A stretch of DNA of 53,681 nucleotides, taken from an uncultured Candidatus Bathyarchaeia archaeon. Its GTDB lineage: Archaea; Thermoproteota; Bathyarchaeia; Bathyarchaeales; Bathycorpusculaceae. The notes below the pieces were generated by a model that was not told the DNA's origin, did no database searches, and worked only from the letters and a program-made list of their open reading frames with translations. Shown here in pieces: positions 27,395 to 36,802 of this stretch. A program made the position numbers and the translations under genes. The stretch's first letter is position 1, and each line of letters begins with the position of its first letter. The DNA lies in the NCBI GenBank assembly GCA_964540545.1, contig CAZINA010000001.1:5562-59242 (forward strand), in the 5' to 3' direction.

Positions 27395-27748
27395 TTAGCT
27401 GTACTCTCTGAACGTGTGGTCGCATTTTGTGCATCGCATGAACTGAGTTGAAGATTCGTCAGCACTCCTTGTCTGCACTTGCCAGACGTATGCGGTCTTG
27501 TTTCCGCATTTGGGGCATTCGATTCGGACGGTAGGTAGTGTTCGAAGTTTTTGTTCTTTCTTGCCGATTACAGCTACAAACTGTTGGGGATTATGCTGGA
27601 TTACTTTACCGATTTTAGGTTCAACTTTCGTGGTTGATTCACGCTTTTTGTATCCGCATTTCGGACAGACAAGCGTTAAAGATGCTGCTTTGGCAGTCTT
27701 TGGTTTTTTGAATTCAAGACGAGAACCGCATTTCGGACAGAATTCCAT
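27395..27748 (-). CDS. tfs: transcription factor S (TFS / RpoM-like)
   Basis: 117 aa. N-terminal ribbon: MEFCPKCGSRL...CPKCGY. C-terminal ribbon: CPKCGNKTAYVWQVQTRSADESSTQFMRCTKCDHTFRE, with the acidic DE loop. Confidence 0.9.
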   Translation of the reverse strand: MEFCPKCGSRLEFKKPKTAKAASLTLVCPKCGYKKRESTTKVEPKIGKVIQHNPQQFVAVIGKKEQKLRTLPTVRIECPKCGNKTAYVWQVQTRSADESSTQFMRCTKCDHTFREYS

Positions 27749-27819
27749 GATTCACTACTCCGCTATACGTTTTGGATTCCCTTTACGTGGTCTCTTTTAA
27801 ACTTTTTCTAGTTCCGCGA

Positions 27820-28407
27820 CTACACATGGCTTATTCCAGATGCAATAAGATGTGCAACACGGAGGGCTTCTGGAACATTACTTCGAGTTGAAGTCAAACG
27901 CAAGATTTTTTGAGCATCCTCTTTTGAGACCCCAACGGTTTGCATGTAGACCCTCGCTTCAGCGCTTCTAGTTGAGACCTCAACGGGAGCTCCCGCGCTA
28001 AGAATCGCTTCCCACCGCGCTTCACTGTTAGCCAGATTTTTGAGCGCCTTGTGAATATCCTCAAAGTCAGGTTTTTCACGCGTCACTGTTATAACAGGCA
28101 GCTTCGTCGCCGCATGAAGCGCTTTAACATCTACTATGTTGAAGCCAGCGAACGTCACGCCGTTCAACATTATCACCCGCAACTGCTTATAGTGAGATGA
28201 ACCAGTTATCATGGAAGCTATCTTATCAGTTGCATCGAACCCATCTACCTCTATTTTGGTGTGCATTACACCGTCAAGCCAAAAACCGCCTCTGAAAACA
28301 ACACCGATAACTGGAACCTGACCCTTCACATGCGGCTTGAATGCGCCGTCATCTACCCCTAGAACCCGGATTTCAGGTTTTATAACGCGAAAACTTTGGT
28401 GGTTCAA
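27820..28407 (-). CDS. DUF99 / UPF0215 family protein
   Basis: 195 aa with a TTG start. IRVLGVDDGAF...VIGVVFRGGFWLDGVM matches the DUF99 family as I recall it. Confidence 0.7.
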   Translation of the reverse strand: MNHQSFRVIKPEIRVLGVDDGAFKPHVKGQVPVIGVVFRGGFWLDGVMHTKIEVDGFDATDKIASMITGSSHYKQLRVIMLNGVTFAGFNIVDVKALHAATKLPVITVTREKPDFEDIHKALKNLANSEARWEAILSAGAPVEVSTRSAEARVYMQTVGVSKEDAQKILRLTSTRSNVPEALRVAHLIASGISHV

Positions 28408-28552
28408 AACTTTTTTTCCTAGCGGTTTGCTTTTAAGTATTTTGTGAGGTTGTTATAAATTTAACGCGCTTGCCCAAGTCTCGGAGGCTAACGCTGTGAA
28501 AGATAACAAGAAAACTAGGATAAGTGCCTCTGCTTGAAAACAAAAGGTGAAT

Positions 28553-28843
28553 TTAAGATTTGAGCGCTTTCTTCAGTTCCTTGCTGAAGGCTTTGTTCAT
28601 TTCGCGGGCGTTCTCCGCTGCTTTAATTAGTGCCGCCTCAGGTTTCGCTTTGCCTTTCATTCGAACATATATCACGGGGCTTGACGCTAAAGGATGCGGT
28701 ATATCGTAGCCAGCTAAGTCCACCTTCTCGTCTTCCAAAAGTTTCTTCTGCAACAGGTTACAGAGCCCGTGCCCAGCACCTTCAACTTCTATCTTAAGCT
28801 CATTAGCTTCTTTCTTTAACACTTTAACCTTCAATTTGCTCAT
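28553..28843 (-). CDS. rpoL: DNA-directed RNA polymerase subunit L (Rpo11)
   Basis: 96 aa. ELKIEVEGAGHGLCNLLQKKLLEDEKVDLAGYDIPHPL is the RpoL/Rpb11 signature. It overlaps csl4 by 4 nt. Confidence 0.85.
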   Translation of the reverse strand: MSKLKVKVLKKEANELKIEVEGAGHGLCNLLQKKLLEDEKVDLAGYDIPHPLASSPVIYVRMKGKAKPEAALIKAAENAREMNKAFSKELKKALKS

Positions 28844-29421
28844 ATCTCCTCTTTTCCATAATCCAAAGCGAGTTTACGCCTTTCAACGTTGCCGCATTTC
28901 GGACATTGCATCTCATGGCGCTTTTGCTCCAGCAAATTTGAACAGCGAGAACAAAAAGCGTACACTACACCTAAACTTTTGTCGTTAGTGGAAAGATGGG
29001 AAACCTGATTCTTGATGCTTATAACTTTAGTTCGTATTATGTCACCTGGCTTACATACATCATTCATAGATTTTACGTAGCGCTCCTGCACATCAGAAAT
29101 ATGGAGAATTCCGGTGAAAACACCTGAAACCCTCTTGGAACCTATCTTGAAGATTCTAACCAGAACATTATCAGACTGAGCGTTGCCAACTTGCCCTACG
29201 ACTACCGCTGACATTTTTGGAACAGGTGACTCATTGATTAATGGATAAACAGAAACGCGTTTGCTCAGCAAATCCATTAACGCGCGACCAACAATCTTGG
29301 AGTATATTACACCGTCTTTAACGTACGTTCCAGAATCCGGAATGAATTCTTCTATAACACCTAAGCGCTCTCCAGGCAACACTAAATTACCGCTTTTATG
29401 TCCAGATGCTTTCTGACTCAT
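28840..29421 (-). CDS. csl4: exosome complex RNA-binding subunit Csl4
   Basis: 193 aa. It has the N-terminal region LPGERLGVIEEFIPDSGTY, an S1 domain and a C-terminal zinc ribbon (CSRCSN...CPKCGN). Confidence 0.85.
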   Translation of the reverse strand: MSQKASGHKSGNLVLPGERLGVIEEFIPDSGTYVKDGVIYSKIVGRALMDLLSKRVSVYPLINESPVPKMSAVVVGQVGNAQSDNVLVRIFKIGSKRVSGVFTGILHISDVQERYVKSMNDVCKPGDIIRTKVISIKNQVSHLSTNDKSLGVVYAFCSRCSNLLEQKRHEMQCPKCGNVERRKLALDYGKEEI

Positions 29422-29554
29422 GCTGTTTCCCTTTTATTGTTAAATATAAACGATACAGAGGGGTTCTCTGAACGGGTATATCCTAAGTTTCTATGCTTCT
29501 CAATAAACCTTTTGATTACCTATATGCAAAAACAGCGCCGCAGAACACCCATTC

Positions 29555-30259
29555 TCATCGCTCGCGTTTCTTTATGAGGTACAGGTCAACTACAAAATCA
29601 TGTTTCATTTTAGTGTGGAAATCAAACATGCGCGGAATAGTCATAAGCATAGCATAAACTGCTTTGACCCCGCCGCTACGGCTCTCAACAAACCTCGCGA
29701 TAAACGGGGAAGGCTCAACTTGTAGCGAACCACTAGGATTTGCCTTAAGCCTCTGTATCAACTGCTTGTCCAAGCCCGGGTGATTATGAAGCGAGTAAAC
29801 CACGTTGCCAACCTCCAAAGCCTTTTCCAGAAACTTTCGGTCTGCAGTGCGCTTTTGCACGCCGAAAGGAGGATTCTGCAGTACAGTGTCAAAGCTTCCC
29901 GTTACCGCGCCAATGTCGGCGAGGACCCATTGAACACTGGTTTTGGATCCAGCTTTTTCCGAGTTTTCAGAAGCAGTTTTTATGGCTGTTTTATCGATGT
30001 CGACGCCAACCACAGATTGTGCGCCCAAGTAAGAAGCTGCTAGAGCGAGCCTGCCAGTTCCGCAGCCTAAATCTAAAACTGTTTTGCCAACGATGTCGCC
30101 GTTTGTATAAGCGGCTAAGTAGAGTATCTTCGCGGCAACTGCTTCTGAGACGGTGTACTGCTCAAGGCTTGCTTTAGGAGAAGGCTGGGACTCCATCTGA
30201 GATAGAAAGAGTTCCAACTCTAGTTTTCGAATAAGCCGTTTTTGAGCAGGTTTTCCCAT
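29555..30259 (-). CDS. METTL5-like N6-adenine RNA methyltransferase (COG2263)
   Basis: 234 aa. It contains LEQYTVSE, VLDLGCGTGRLA, GVDID and the NPPFG motif. It overlaps the dph2 3' end by 40 nt. Confidence 0.75.
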   Translation of the reverse strand: MGKPAQKRLIRKLELELFLSQMESQPSPKASLEQYTVSEAVAAKILYLAAYTNGDIVGKTVLDLGCGTGRLALAASYLGAQSVVGVDIDKTAIKTASENSEKAGSKTSVQWVLADIGAVTGSFDTVLQNPPFGVQKRTADRKFLEKALEVGNVVYSLHNHPGLDKQLIQRLKANPSGSLQVEPSPFIARFVESRSGGVKAVYAMLMTIPRMFDFHTKMKHDFVVDLYLIKKRER

Positions 30260-31221
30260 GAAGTTTCGCCGGCTACCACCATAAACTCGTTAAAGGTTAA
30301 CACGGGTTTGAGGAATTTTGAGGGGGCTTCAAGAGCTATCCGTGGGCAAGCAGTGTTCACGTAGGCGTCTACTGATGGAAACTCCATTAGCGTTTCTGGT
30401 GAGAGTTCCCTAACTGCAAAGAGGAAAGTGACTTTTCCGTTTTTTTGAGCAATTTCTTTGATTTTCAAGGCTTCCTCAAAACGTTTTTGCCCTAGTTTCA
30501 AACCGATTAACACACCAAAGGTTTTAGCGCGTCCCGCTTCTTCGATGCAAGCATACCGTTGTTTAAGTACTTTCTGGGCTTCTTCATTTATAGAGTAAGC
30601 CCTGTTTTCGTAGGGGTCTGCGATTATCGTGGGTTTAGAGGTGCTTAGAGCGATACCTAAAGCGTGGAACCGCCCACCGCCAACAAAGAGGAACGCGTCA
30701 ACACCGTTAGCTACTGATCTGACGTTGCTGTAATCGCAACCAATCACCTGCCCAGAGTAAGTTACTCGTCCAGCATCGCCCACAACCATGGTCTTTCCAG
30801 CGCGCACAAGGATTTCTCTAGCCTCATCAAGAGTCTGCACATGCTGCACCGTGGTTGCTAAGCCAATCTTGCCATACTTGCTCAGCAACGGAACGGCTTT
30901 TTCGAGAACCTCAGCAACTGTTACGGTTGCTCTGGCTTCCACGTAGACAGTTGGAACCTGCTTGTGCTTCACCAGTTTCGAATGCCCAAAATGCACTATC
31001 AGGTCTATTCCTAAGCTTTCAGCTTCAAAAGTAGCCAAGTCGCAAGCGCCGTAGCAGGGGTCAGCTGAGATTATGGGAAGGGCACCTGTTTTCTCAATAA
31101 TCTTGGCTAATCGGGGACCCTCAGGTTTTAAGCCTTGAGGCAACTGCAGCAGCACACGTTTTGCACCGAGCTTGGCGATTTCCTGTTTTATTCTCTCTTC
31201 CTCGAAATCGAATCCTTTCAT
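30220..31221 (-). CDS. dph2: diphthamide biosynthesis enzyme Dph2 (2-(3-amino-3-carboxypropyl)histidine synthase)
   Basis: 333 aa. YDFEEERI-type N-terminus, AKRVLLQLPQGLK, and ADPCYGACD with the conserved Fe-S cysteines. Confidence 0.85.
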   Translation of the reverse strand: MKGFDFEEERIKQEIAKLGAKRVLLQLPQGLKPEGPRLAKIIEKTGALPIISADPCYGACDLATFEAESLGIDLIVHFGHSKLVKHKQVPTVYVEARATVTVAEVLEKAVPLLSKYGKIGLATTVQHVQTLDEAREILVRAGKTMVVGDAGRVTYSGQVIGCDYSNVRSVANGVDAFLFVGGGRFHALGIALSTSKPTIIADPYENRAYSINEEAQKVLKQRYACIEEAGRAKTFGVLIGLKLGQKRFEEALKIKEIAQKNGKVTFLFAVRELSPETLMEFPSVDAYVNTACPRIALEAPSKFLKPVLTFNEFMVVAGETSWENLLKNGLFEN

Positions 31222-31305
31222 ATTGATTCACCTACTAGAGGCTGTTGCGTGAAGAGGTAATAGAAAGAGAAAAGGACAAGGTGCATTGCTTGGGGTTTTA
31301 TAACG

Positions 31306-33726
31306 TTATGGCGTCCATTCCCAGTCAGGGGTTGGCTTTTTAATGGGACGCCCAGCAGCTAATGCAGCCTGCTCTGCGAGACGTTCAAGAATTATTTTCT
31401 GTTCTACGCTTGCTACATGCTTTTTCGTGGCTAAAACAGCGTCGTTATTTACGGAGATGCTGTCGATTCCAGCGCGGACAAGAAACTCTGCGAAGTCTGG
31501 CAGGTTTGATGGTCCTTCACCGCATATTGAGACTGTGCAACCGTTCTCATGAGCCGCTTTTATGAGGTGAGCAATTATTCTTTTCACGGCAGGTTCCCTT
31601 TCATCGAAGTAACCCATTTGACCTAACCGTTCAGAGTCTCTGTCAATCATGAGAACACCTTGAGTCATGTCGTTAGAGCCTATGGAGAAACCGTCAACCA
31701 GCTTGGAAAACTCGTCTGCCATTATAGCTATAGAAGGAGTTTCCGCCATTAACCACACCTTGAAGTCGCGATTACGCTCCAAACCCTCTTCTTTCATGAT
31801 CTCAAGAACCTTCTTGGCTTCCCAAAGTGTACGCACCATCGGAAGCATAACCCACACGTTTTTCAGACCCCATTCCATGCGGCATTTCTTGATGGATTGG
31901 CATTCGAGCCTGAAAGCTTTCTGGTACCACTTGCTGATGTAGCGGCTGCACCCTCTCCAACCAAGCATTGGGTTTTCTTCAACGATTTCGTATTTGTCGC
32001 CGCCTTTCAGCTCTCGGTATTCGTTTGTTTTGAAGTCGCTAAAACGTACCACAACGGGACGTGGTTGAATGGCTCTTGCCACTGTTGCTACGCCTTCTGC
32101 CAGTTTGGCTATGAACTCCTGGCTTTTCCCCATGTCAACAAAATTCAGCGGATGCTCCCCTATCGTGCTAGCCAAAAGGAACTCGGTTCGCATTAACCCG
32201 ATGCCTTCAAAGGGCAACATCTTGTAGTCTTCGACTTTTTCTGGAACACCAAGGTTCATGTAAATCTTTGTGGCTGTTACGGGCGCAGGGTCTGCAACAA
32301 CTGCAATTGCGGCTTGAGTAGATGCTTCTTTTGCCTCGCGTAGAATGCCTTCGTAGATAATTCCGTTTCTTGAGTCAACCGTGTATTCTTTCCCTGTTTT
32401 CAGGACTTCGGTTGCGGTTTCGGTTCCCACAACACAGGGTATAGCGAGTTCACGGCTTACGATGGCCGCGTGAGACGTGATTCCACCTTTATCTGTTACT
32501 ATTGCACTAGCCATTTTCATGAAAGGAACAAAATCTGGGTTGGTCATGTCCGTTACGAGAACGTCTCCTTCTTGCATTTTTTCGTTTGCTTCGTCAGGAG
32601 ACAAAACAACTTTTGCTACGCCGAAGCCGTAGCCTCTCTTTCCAGCCGCAATTCCTTTTACAGCCACTTTCAGGTCTGCTTGGGCGTTTACTTCTTCAGC
32701 TTGTGTTGATTCCATGCCTTTAACACTCCAAACTGTTTCTGGACGAGCTTGAACCACGAATATATTTTCAGGAAAAGATAAGTCTTTATCAATTGCCCAT
32801 TCGATGTCCATGGCTTTCTTGTAATGTGCCTCAATCAGCTTGGCTAGTTTTGTAAGGTGAATAATTTCCTTGTCGCTTATACAAGGTTTTTTCTGTTTTT
32901 CTGTGGGTACATCTAAATGGACGGTTTTGCCTGTTTTTGGGTCGCGAATGTAGTGAATTGTTTTCTTGGCAATGCGTCTTTCTTCGATTGTCAAGGTGTC
33001 TTTATCGACAACGAAGTCGTCAGGGTTCACTGCACCTGCCACTACGGTTTCGCCTAAACCGTAATTGCCTTCAATCACAATTTCGTCCGTTTCTCCCGTC
33101 ACAGGGTTTATTGTGAACATGACTCCAGCGGCTCTGGAGTTCACCATTTTTTGGACTCCGACGCTTATGAAAACTTTGTCGTGTGCGAAGCCCTTTTCGT
33201 TTCGGTAAAATATAGCGCGGGGGGTAAACAAGCTGGACCAGCACTTCACAACTTTTTCAAGAAGCTCATCTGGACCCTTCACGTTCAGGTAAGTTTCTTG
33301 TTGACCCGCAAATGAAGCGTCAGGCAGGTCCTCTGCTGTGGCACTTGAACGCACAGCAACAAAAGCATCCTTCAAACTGAACCGTTCATTAAGTTCTTTA
33401 TAGGCGGCTTTAATCGATTTAGCTAGTTTCGGCGGCATCTGAGTTTTTTCGATAAGTGCACGTATTTTCTTTGAAGCGGCATCATACTGTTTTGGGTCAT
33501 TTGGGTCCGTTACTGTTTCGCTTATTATTTGATAGATTTTCTTAGCTATTCCCGTTTGATTGATGAACGTTTCATAAGCGTAGGCTGTCACGGCAAAACC
33601 GGGAGGAACGGGCATTCCAGCGTTAATCATTTCACCGAGACTGGCGTTCTTGCCTCCAACAATCGGAACGTCAGTGTTTCTAACTGTTTCAAACCATAAA
33701 ACATCGGATTTGGTTTTGGCACTCAA
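31306..33726 (-). CDS. ppsA: phosphoenolpyruvate synthase
   Basis: 806 aa. It has an ATP-grasp N-domain (VGGKNASLGEM), the phosphohistidine motif GGITSHAAIVSRELAIPCVVG and a PEP-utilising C-domain (GIGLMRTEF...GSNDMTQ). The TTG start overlaps the L10e stop. Confidence 0.95.
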   Translation of the reverse strand: MSAKTKSDVLWFETVRNTDVPIVGGKNASLGEMINAGMPVPPGFAVTAYAYETFINQTGIAKKIYQIISETVTDPNDPKQYDAASKKIRALIEKTQMPPKLAKSIKAAYKELNERFSLKDAFVAVRSSATAEDLPDASFAGQQETYLNVKGPDELLEKVVKCWSSLFTPRAIFYRNEKGFAHDKVFISVGVQKMVNSRAAGVMFTINPVTGETDEIVIEGNYGLGETVVAGAVNPDDFVVDKDTLTIEERRIAKKTIHYIRDPKTGKTVHLDVPTEKQKKPCISDKEIIHLTKLAKLIEAHYKKAMDIEWAIDKDLSFPENIFVVQARPETVWSVKGMESTQAEEVNAQADLKVAVKGIAAGKRGYGFGVAKVVLSPDEANEKMQEGDVLVTDMTNPDFVPFMKMASAIVTDKGGITSHAAIVSRELAIPCVVGTETATEVLKTGKEYTVDSRNGIIYEGILREAKEASTQAAIAVVADPAPVTATKIYMNLGVPEKVEDYKMLPFEGIGLMRTEFLLASTIGEHPLNFVDMGKSQEFIAKLAEGVATVARAIQPRPVVVRFSDFKTNEYRELKGGDKYEIVEENPMLGWRGCSRYISKWYQKAFRLECQSIKKCRMEWGLKNVWVMLPMVRTLWEAKKVLEIMKEEGLERNRDFKVWLMAETPSIAIMADEFSKLVDGFSIGSNDMTQGVLMIDRDSERLGQMGYFDEREPAVKRIIAHLIKAAHENGCTVSICGEGPSNLPDFAEFLVRAGIDSISVNNDAVLATKKHVASVEQKIILERLAEQAALAAGRPIKKPTPDWEWTP

Positions 33727-34256
33727 GCTTTCCCCATCTCCGTCTTGTTGGTTACATCGGGAGACTGTATTTTTTCAACTGTTATTTTGCAGGGGATTGG
33801 TAGCTTTGCGCTTCCACGTTTCAGGGATTCTTTAGCTGTGTCGACCCCAGTTGCTTTAACTTTAACAGTTATAAGTGTCTGTCCGGGTTTTACACGGGCT
33901 GCGGTGCCTATGGCTTTTCCAAAAGACCTTCGCATACCCTGCTGAAGCCTGTCAGCATGAGCTCCAAAAATCATTTTGTTTTCTCTTAAGATGATATGCG
34001 GGTATGGACGAACCTGCATTAGATAATCGTTTTCCAACTTATCTATTAGGAGCCGGTTTGTCGCTATACGTGCTGCTTCCAAGGCGCAATGGCGAATCTG
34101 AGCTCTTTTTAAAGCTACGAGTTTCGCTTCAACCTCATAGGTTCCTTTAGTATTCCCCATTGTGAACTTGACGATTTTGGGGGGTGGAAAACCCTTCGCA
34201 AACTTTTTACGCGTGTAAGCTTGACCCCTCACAGGCCGATAATTTCTTGCATGCAT
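33723..34256 (-). CDS. rpl10e: 50S ribosomal protein L10e (uL16)
   Basis: MHARNYRPVRGQAYTRKKF...PYPHIILRENKM...GADRLQQGMRRSFGK. I chose the internal ATG at 34256 over the track start at 34319. Confidence 0.9.
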   Translation of the reverse strand: MHARNYRPVRGQAYTRKKFAKGFPPPKIVKFTMGNTKGTYEVEAKLVALKRAQIRHCALEAARIATNRLLIDKLENDYLMQVRPYPHIILRENKMIFGAHADRLQQGMRRSFGKAIGTAARVKPGQTLITVKVKATGVDTAKESLKRGSAKLPIPCKITVEKIQSPDVTNKTEMGKA

Positions 34257-34426
34257 AAAGCATCCCTTTTTTAGCATAACTGCGTGGGCTATATTTAAAC
34301 GATTTGTAGCTATATTCATTCTAGTTTTGTATGTTCTTCAAGTTTTTTGTGCGAAGTTAGTGGAGATTTTCTGAGACGGCGGGTCAATTGCTTATATAGT
34401 TAGTAACAGTTTAGGCATGTGTAAGC

Positions 34427-35728
34427 ATGCAATTTCAATTGTTTATTCCTGGAAAAAATTGGCGGTTGTCGCTAGCGGAACTTGCCTCTTTACTGGAGGC
34501 TAAAGATATCAAATTTGCCGTGTGCTCATTCTCGAAAGAGTTCTTTGTAGTCAGCACTGAGGAGAAAGTTGCCGCTTCAATTGTTGATGATTTAGGCGGT
34601 ACCATAAAAATTGGTGTTTCAGCCGTTGATTTTTCAACTGAGATTGTCAAGAGAGCGTTTCTTCAGAAAGAAAAAGAGGCGCAGAAGCAAATTAGCAGGG
34701 AGATTGCAGCCAGCGGTTTGGTTGACGAGATGGTTAAGGCTGAGTCTGAGAAGACTCTTTTCGGAGTTAGCGTGTACTGCGCAGAGAAGCCCTTGCGCTC
34801 AGTGTCGAAGGGTATTCAACGTTTCATTGGAAGCAGTATAAAGCGTGAGCTATCGGGTTATGGTAAGAAATCGAAGTTTATGGGTTTCGCAAAGGGCAGA
34901 AGGCTCCCTCAGCTAAGCCACGTTGAAGTACTGAAGAAGAACTTTGTTGAAAACAAGGCAGAGATACTGTTCTGCGTGGGCAAAAAGCAGACCTTTGTCG
35001 CTACTACTGTAGCGGTACATAACCCATTTGAGTTCCAGAAGCGTGACGTGGGCAAACCTGTCCAACGTAAGATTTTCGCTATTCCTCCGAGGCTAGCAAG
35101 AATCATGGTGAACCTTGCTGCTTGCACAGAAGGAAAAACTTTGTTAGACCCGTTTTGTGGGGTTGGCACAGTTCTCCAAGAGGCGCTATTAGCGAAGGCG
35201 CAAGCGATTGGCGTTGACATTAACAGGTGGTGCGTTGAAGCGACTAGACGAAACGTGGAGTGGCTCAAAAACGAGTACACATTGGAAAATGCGGAGTACC
35301 GAGTTCTTCAGGGAGACGTACACCGGTTATCTCATAAGATTGGGTGGGAACAAGTTGACTGCATCGCGACAGAGCCTGATTTGGGTCCTGCACTGCGCCA
35401 AGTTCCCACAACATCGTACGCTGTGAGAATTGCTGAAAAGCTATCACCGTTGTATTATGGTTTGTTAGAGGAAGCGTACAAAGTGTTGAAGAGCACGGGA
35501 CGGTTGGTAATGGTGTCGCCGTACATCAAGACGCGTTCAGGAAAACCTGTTACTATGGGAATCGAGGAGAAAGCGGTGGAGATGGGTTTTGAACGGGTGA
35601 TTCCTTTCAAGAACGAGTTTTTTTCTGAAGACGCTGCTGCACCTGAAAATCTATTGGCGATGGCTTCGCTTGTTGACGCTGAAGAGAGACATAAAATCGG
35701 CAGAGAAATCCACGTTTTCCAAAAGTGA
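34427..35728 (+). CDS. UPF0020-family N2-guanine tRNA methyltransferase (Trm11/Trm-G10/Trm14-like)
   Basis: 433 aa. It contains PPRLARIMVNLA, LLDPFCGVGTVLQEA and GVDIN, with TEPDLGP in place of the D/NPPY motif. The N-terminal half is longer than I expect for Trm-G10. Confidence 0.65.
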   Translation: MQFQLFIPGKNWRLSLAELASLLEAKDIKFAVCSFSKEFFVVSTEEKVAASIVDDLGGTIKIGVSAVDFSTEIVKRAFLQKEKEAQKQISREIAASGLVDEMVKAESEKTLFGVSVYCAEKPLRSVSKGIQRFIGSSIKRELSGYGKKSKFMGFAKGRRLPQLSHVEVLKKNFVENKAEILFCVGKKQTFVATTVAVHNPFEFQKRDVGKPVQRKIFAIPPRLARIMVNLAACTEGKTLLDPFCGVGTVLQEALLAKAQAIGVDINRWCVEATRRNVEWLKNEYTLENAEYRVLQGDVHRLSHKIGWEQVDCIATEPDLGPALRQVPTTSYAVRIAEKLSPLYYGLLEEAYKVLKSTGRLVMVSPYIKTRSGKPVTMGIEEKAVEMGFERVIPFKNEFFSEDAAAPENLLAMASLVDAEERHKIGREIHVFQK

Positions 35729-35815
35729 AACGAAAAAGGCATTGAAGCAGCTGTTGTTTAGATTTATTAGTTTGTTTAGTAAACTATGTTTAAGCTGTGA
35801 AGGATAGGAGAATCA

Positions 35816-36298
35816 TTGAAGGAAAAAAGGCCTGATTGGGACAGGTACTTCTTGGACCTCTGTGAAGCGGTTGCTAGACGCGCTACATGTGACCGTGGGA
35901 AATGCGGCTGTGTTATCGTTAAAGACAAACGGATTATGACCACTGGGTATGTTGGAGCTCCTTCAGGGTTGCCTCACTGCGACGAGGCAGGTCATGACAT
36001 GCGCAAAATGATTGATTACAACGGAAAAATTACTCAGCACTGCGTGCGCACGCTTCACGCCGAACAAAACGCGATAATCCAAGCAGCTAGGTTCGGCATT
36101 CCTCTAGAAGGGTCAACGCTTTTCTGCAAAATGACACCGTGCAGAACCTGCGCTATGATGATAATAAACGCGGGTATCAAACGGGTAGTCTGCGAAAAAC
36201 GTTACCACGCTGACGCGGACACTATAGAACTGTTTAAGCAAGCGGGCGTAGAGCTGGTAATAGTGAATAACGAAGTCGAAAAATACGACAAACAGTAA
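35816..36298 (+). CDS. dCMP deaminase (ComEB-type cytidine/deoxycytidylate deaminase)
   Basis: 160 aa with a TTG start after AGGAG. The zinc motifs HAEQNAI and PCRTCA are present, and the WDRYF-type N-terminus is typical of dCMP deaminases. Confidence 0.85.
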   Translation: MKEKRPDWDRYFLDLCEAVARRATCDRGKCGCVIVKDKRIMTTGYVGAPSGLPHCDEAGHDMRKMIDYNGKITQHCVRTLHAEQNAIIQAARFGIPLEGSTLFCKMTPCRTCAMMIINAGIKRVVCEKRYHADADTIELFKQAGVELVIVNNEVEKYDKQ

Positions 36299-36512
36299 AC
36301 GGTCTTATTCACATTTTTTATGTCGCCCAACACGACGTTGCTTAGAACAGACTACCCTCCCTTTATAGCGTAAAAGGTGTACCGGAACTAGCTTGGGTGT
36401 ACGGGACTTAAAGTTTCGTGGCCAATGAGAGGTTTGGCTTGAACATGCTGTTGGCTCTTGATAAGAGCGAAAACGACAAAAGGGGGCTATACGGGCTTAA
36501 TTCTTTTTTGTG

Positions 36513-36635
36513 TTAGTTAAGTGGGTGTTCGCCGCTATACCATTTTACAATTTCATTTACTGCTTTGCTCGAGTAGCCTGTCTCCTTTAGAATTATCCTC
36601 AATTCTTCTAGTGTCTCAATATCCACTTGGTACAC
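36513..36635 (-). CDS. candidate 40-aa small protein
   Basis: GTG-initiated ORF: VYQVDIETLEELRIILKETGYSSKAVNEIVKWYSGEHPLN. 28 of its 40 codons start with a purine. It has no recognisable family and is shorter than any entry in the track. Confidence 0.35.
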   Translation of the reverse strand: MYQVDIETLEELRIILKETGYSSKAVNEIVKWYSGEHPLN

Positions 36636-36802
36636 CCGATAATACTAACTTTGAATCTGTATTTATCTTTTCATTCCGAAATCGGAATATGTCATAAACC
36701 TTACCTAAACGTCCACCATATCTTCTGCGTAGATACTTCTATATCGTTCGATGAAGATTTGTTGAAAACAGAACTAAATATAATATTTGAAGGATCAGCC
36801 AT

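Noticed and set aside
35816-36298. dCMP deaminase as a possible nucleotide-depletion defence gene
   Set aside because: It has ordinary ComEB-type size and motifs, and the flanking genes are housekeeping. It is consistent with normal dTTP synthesis.
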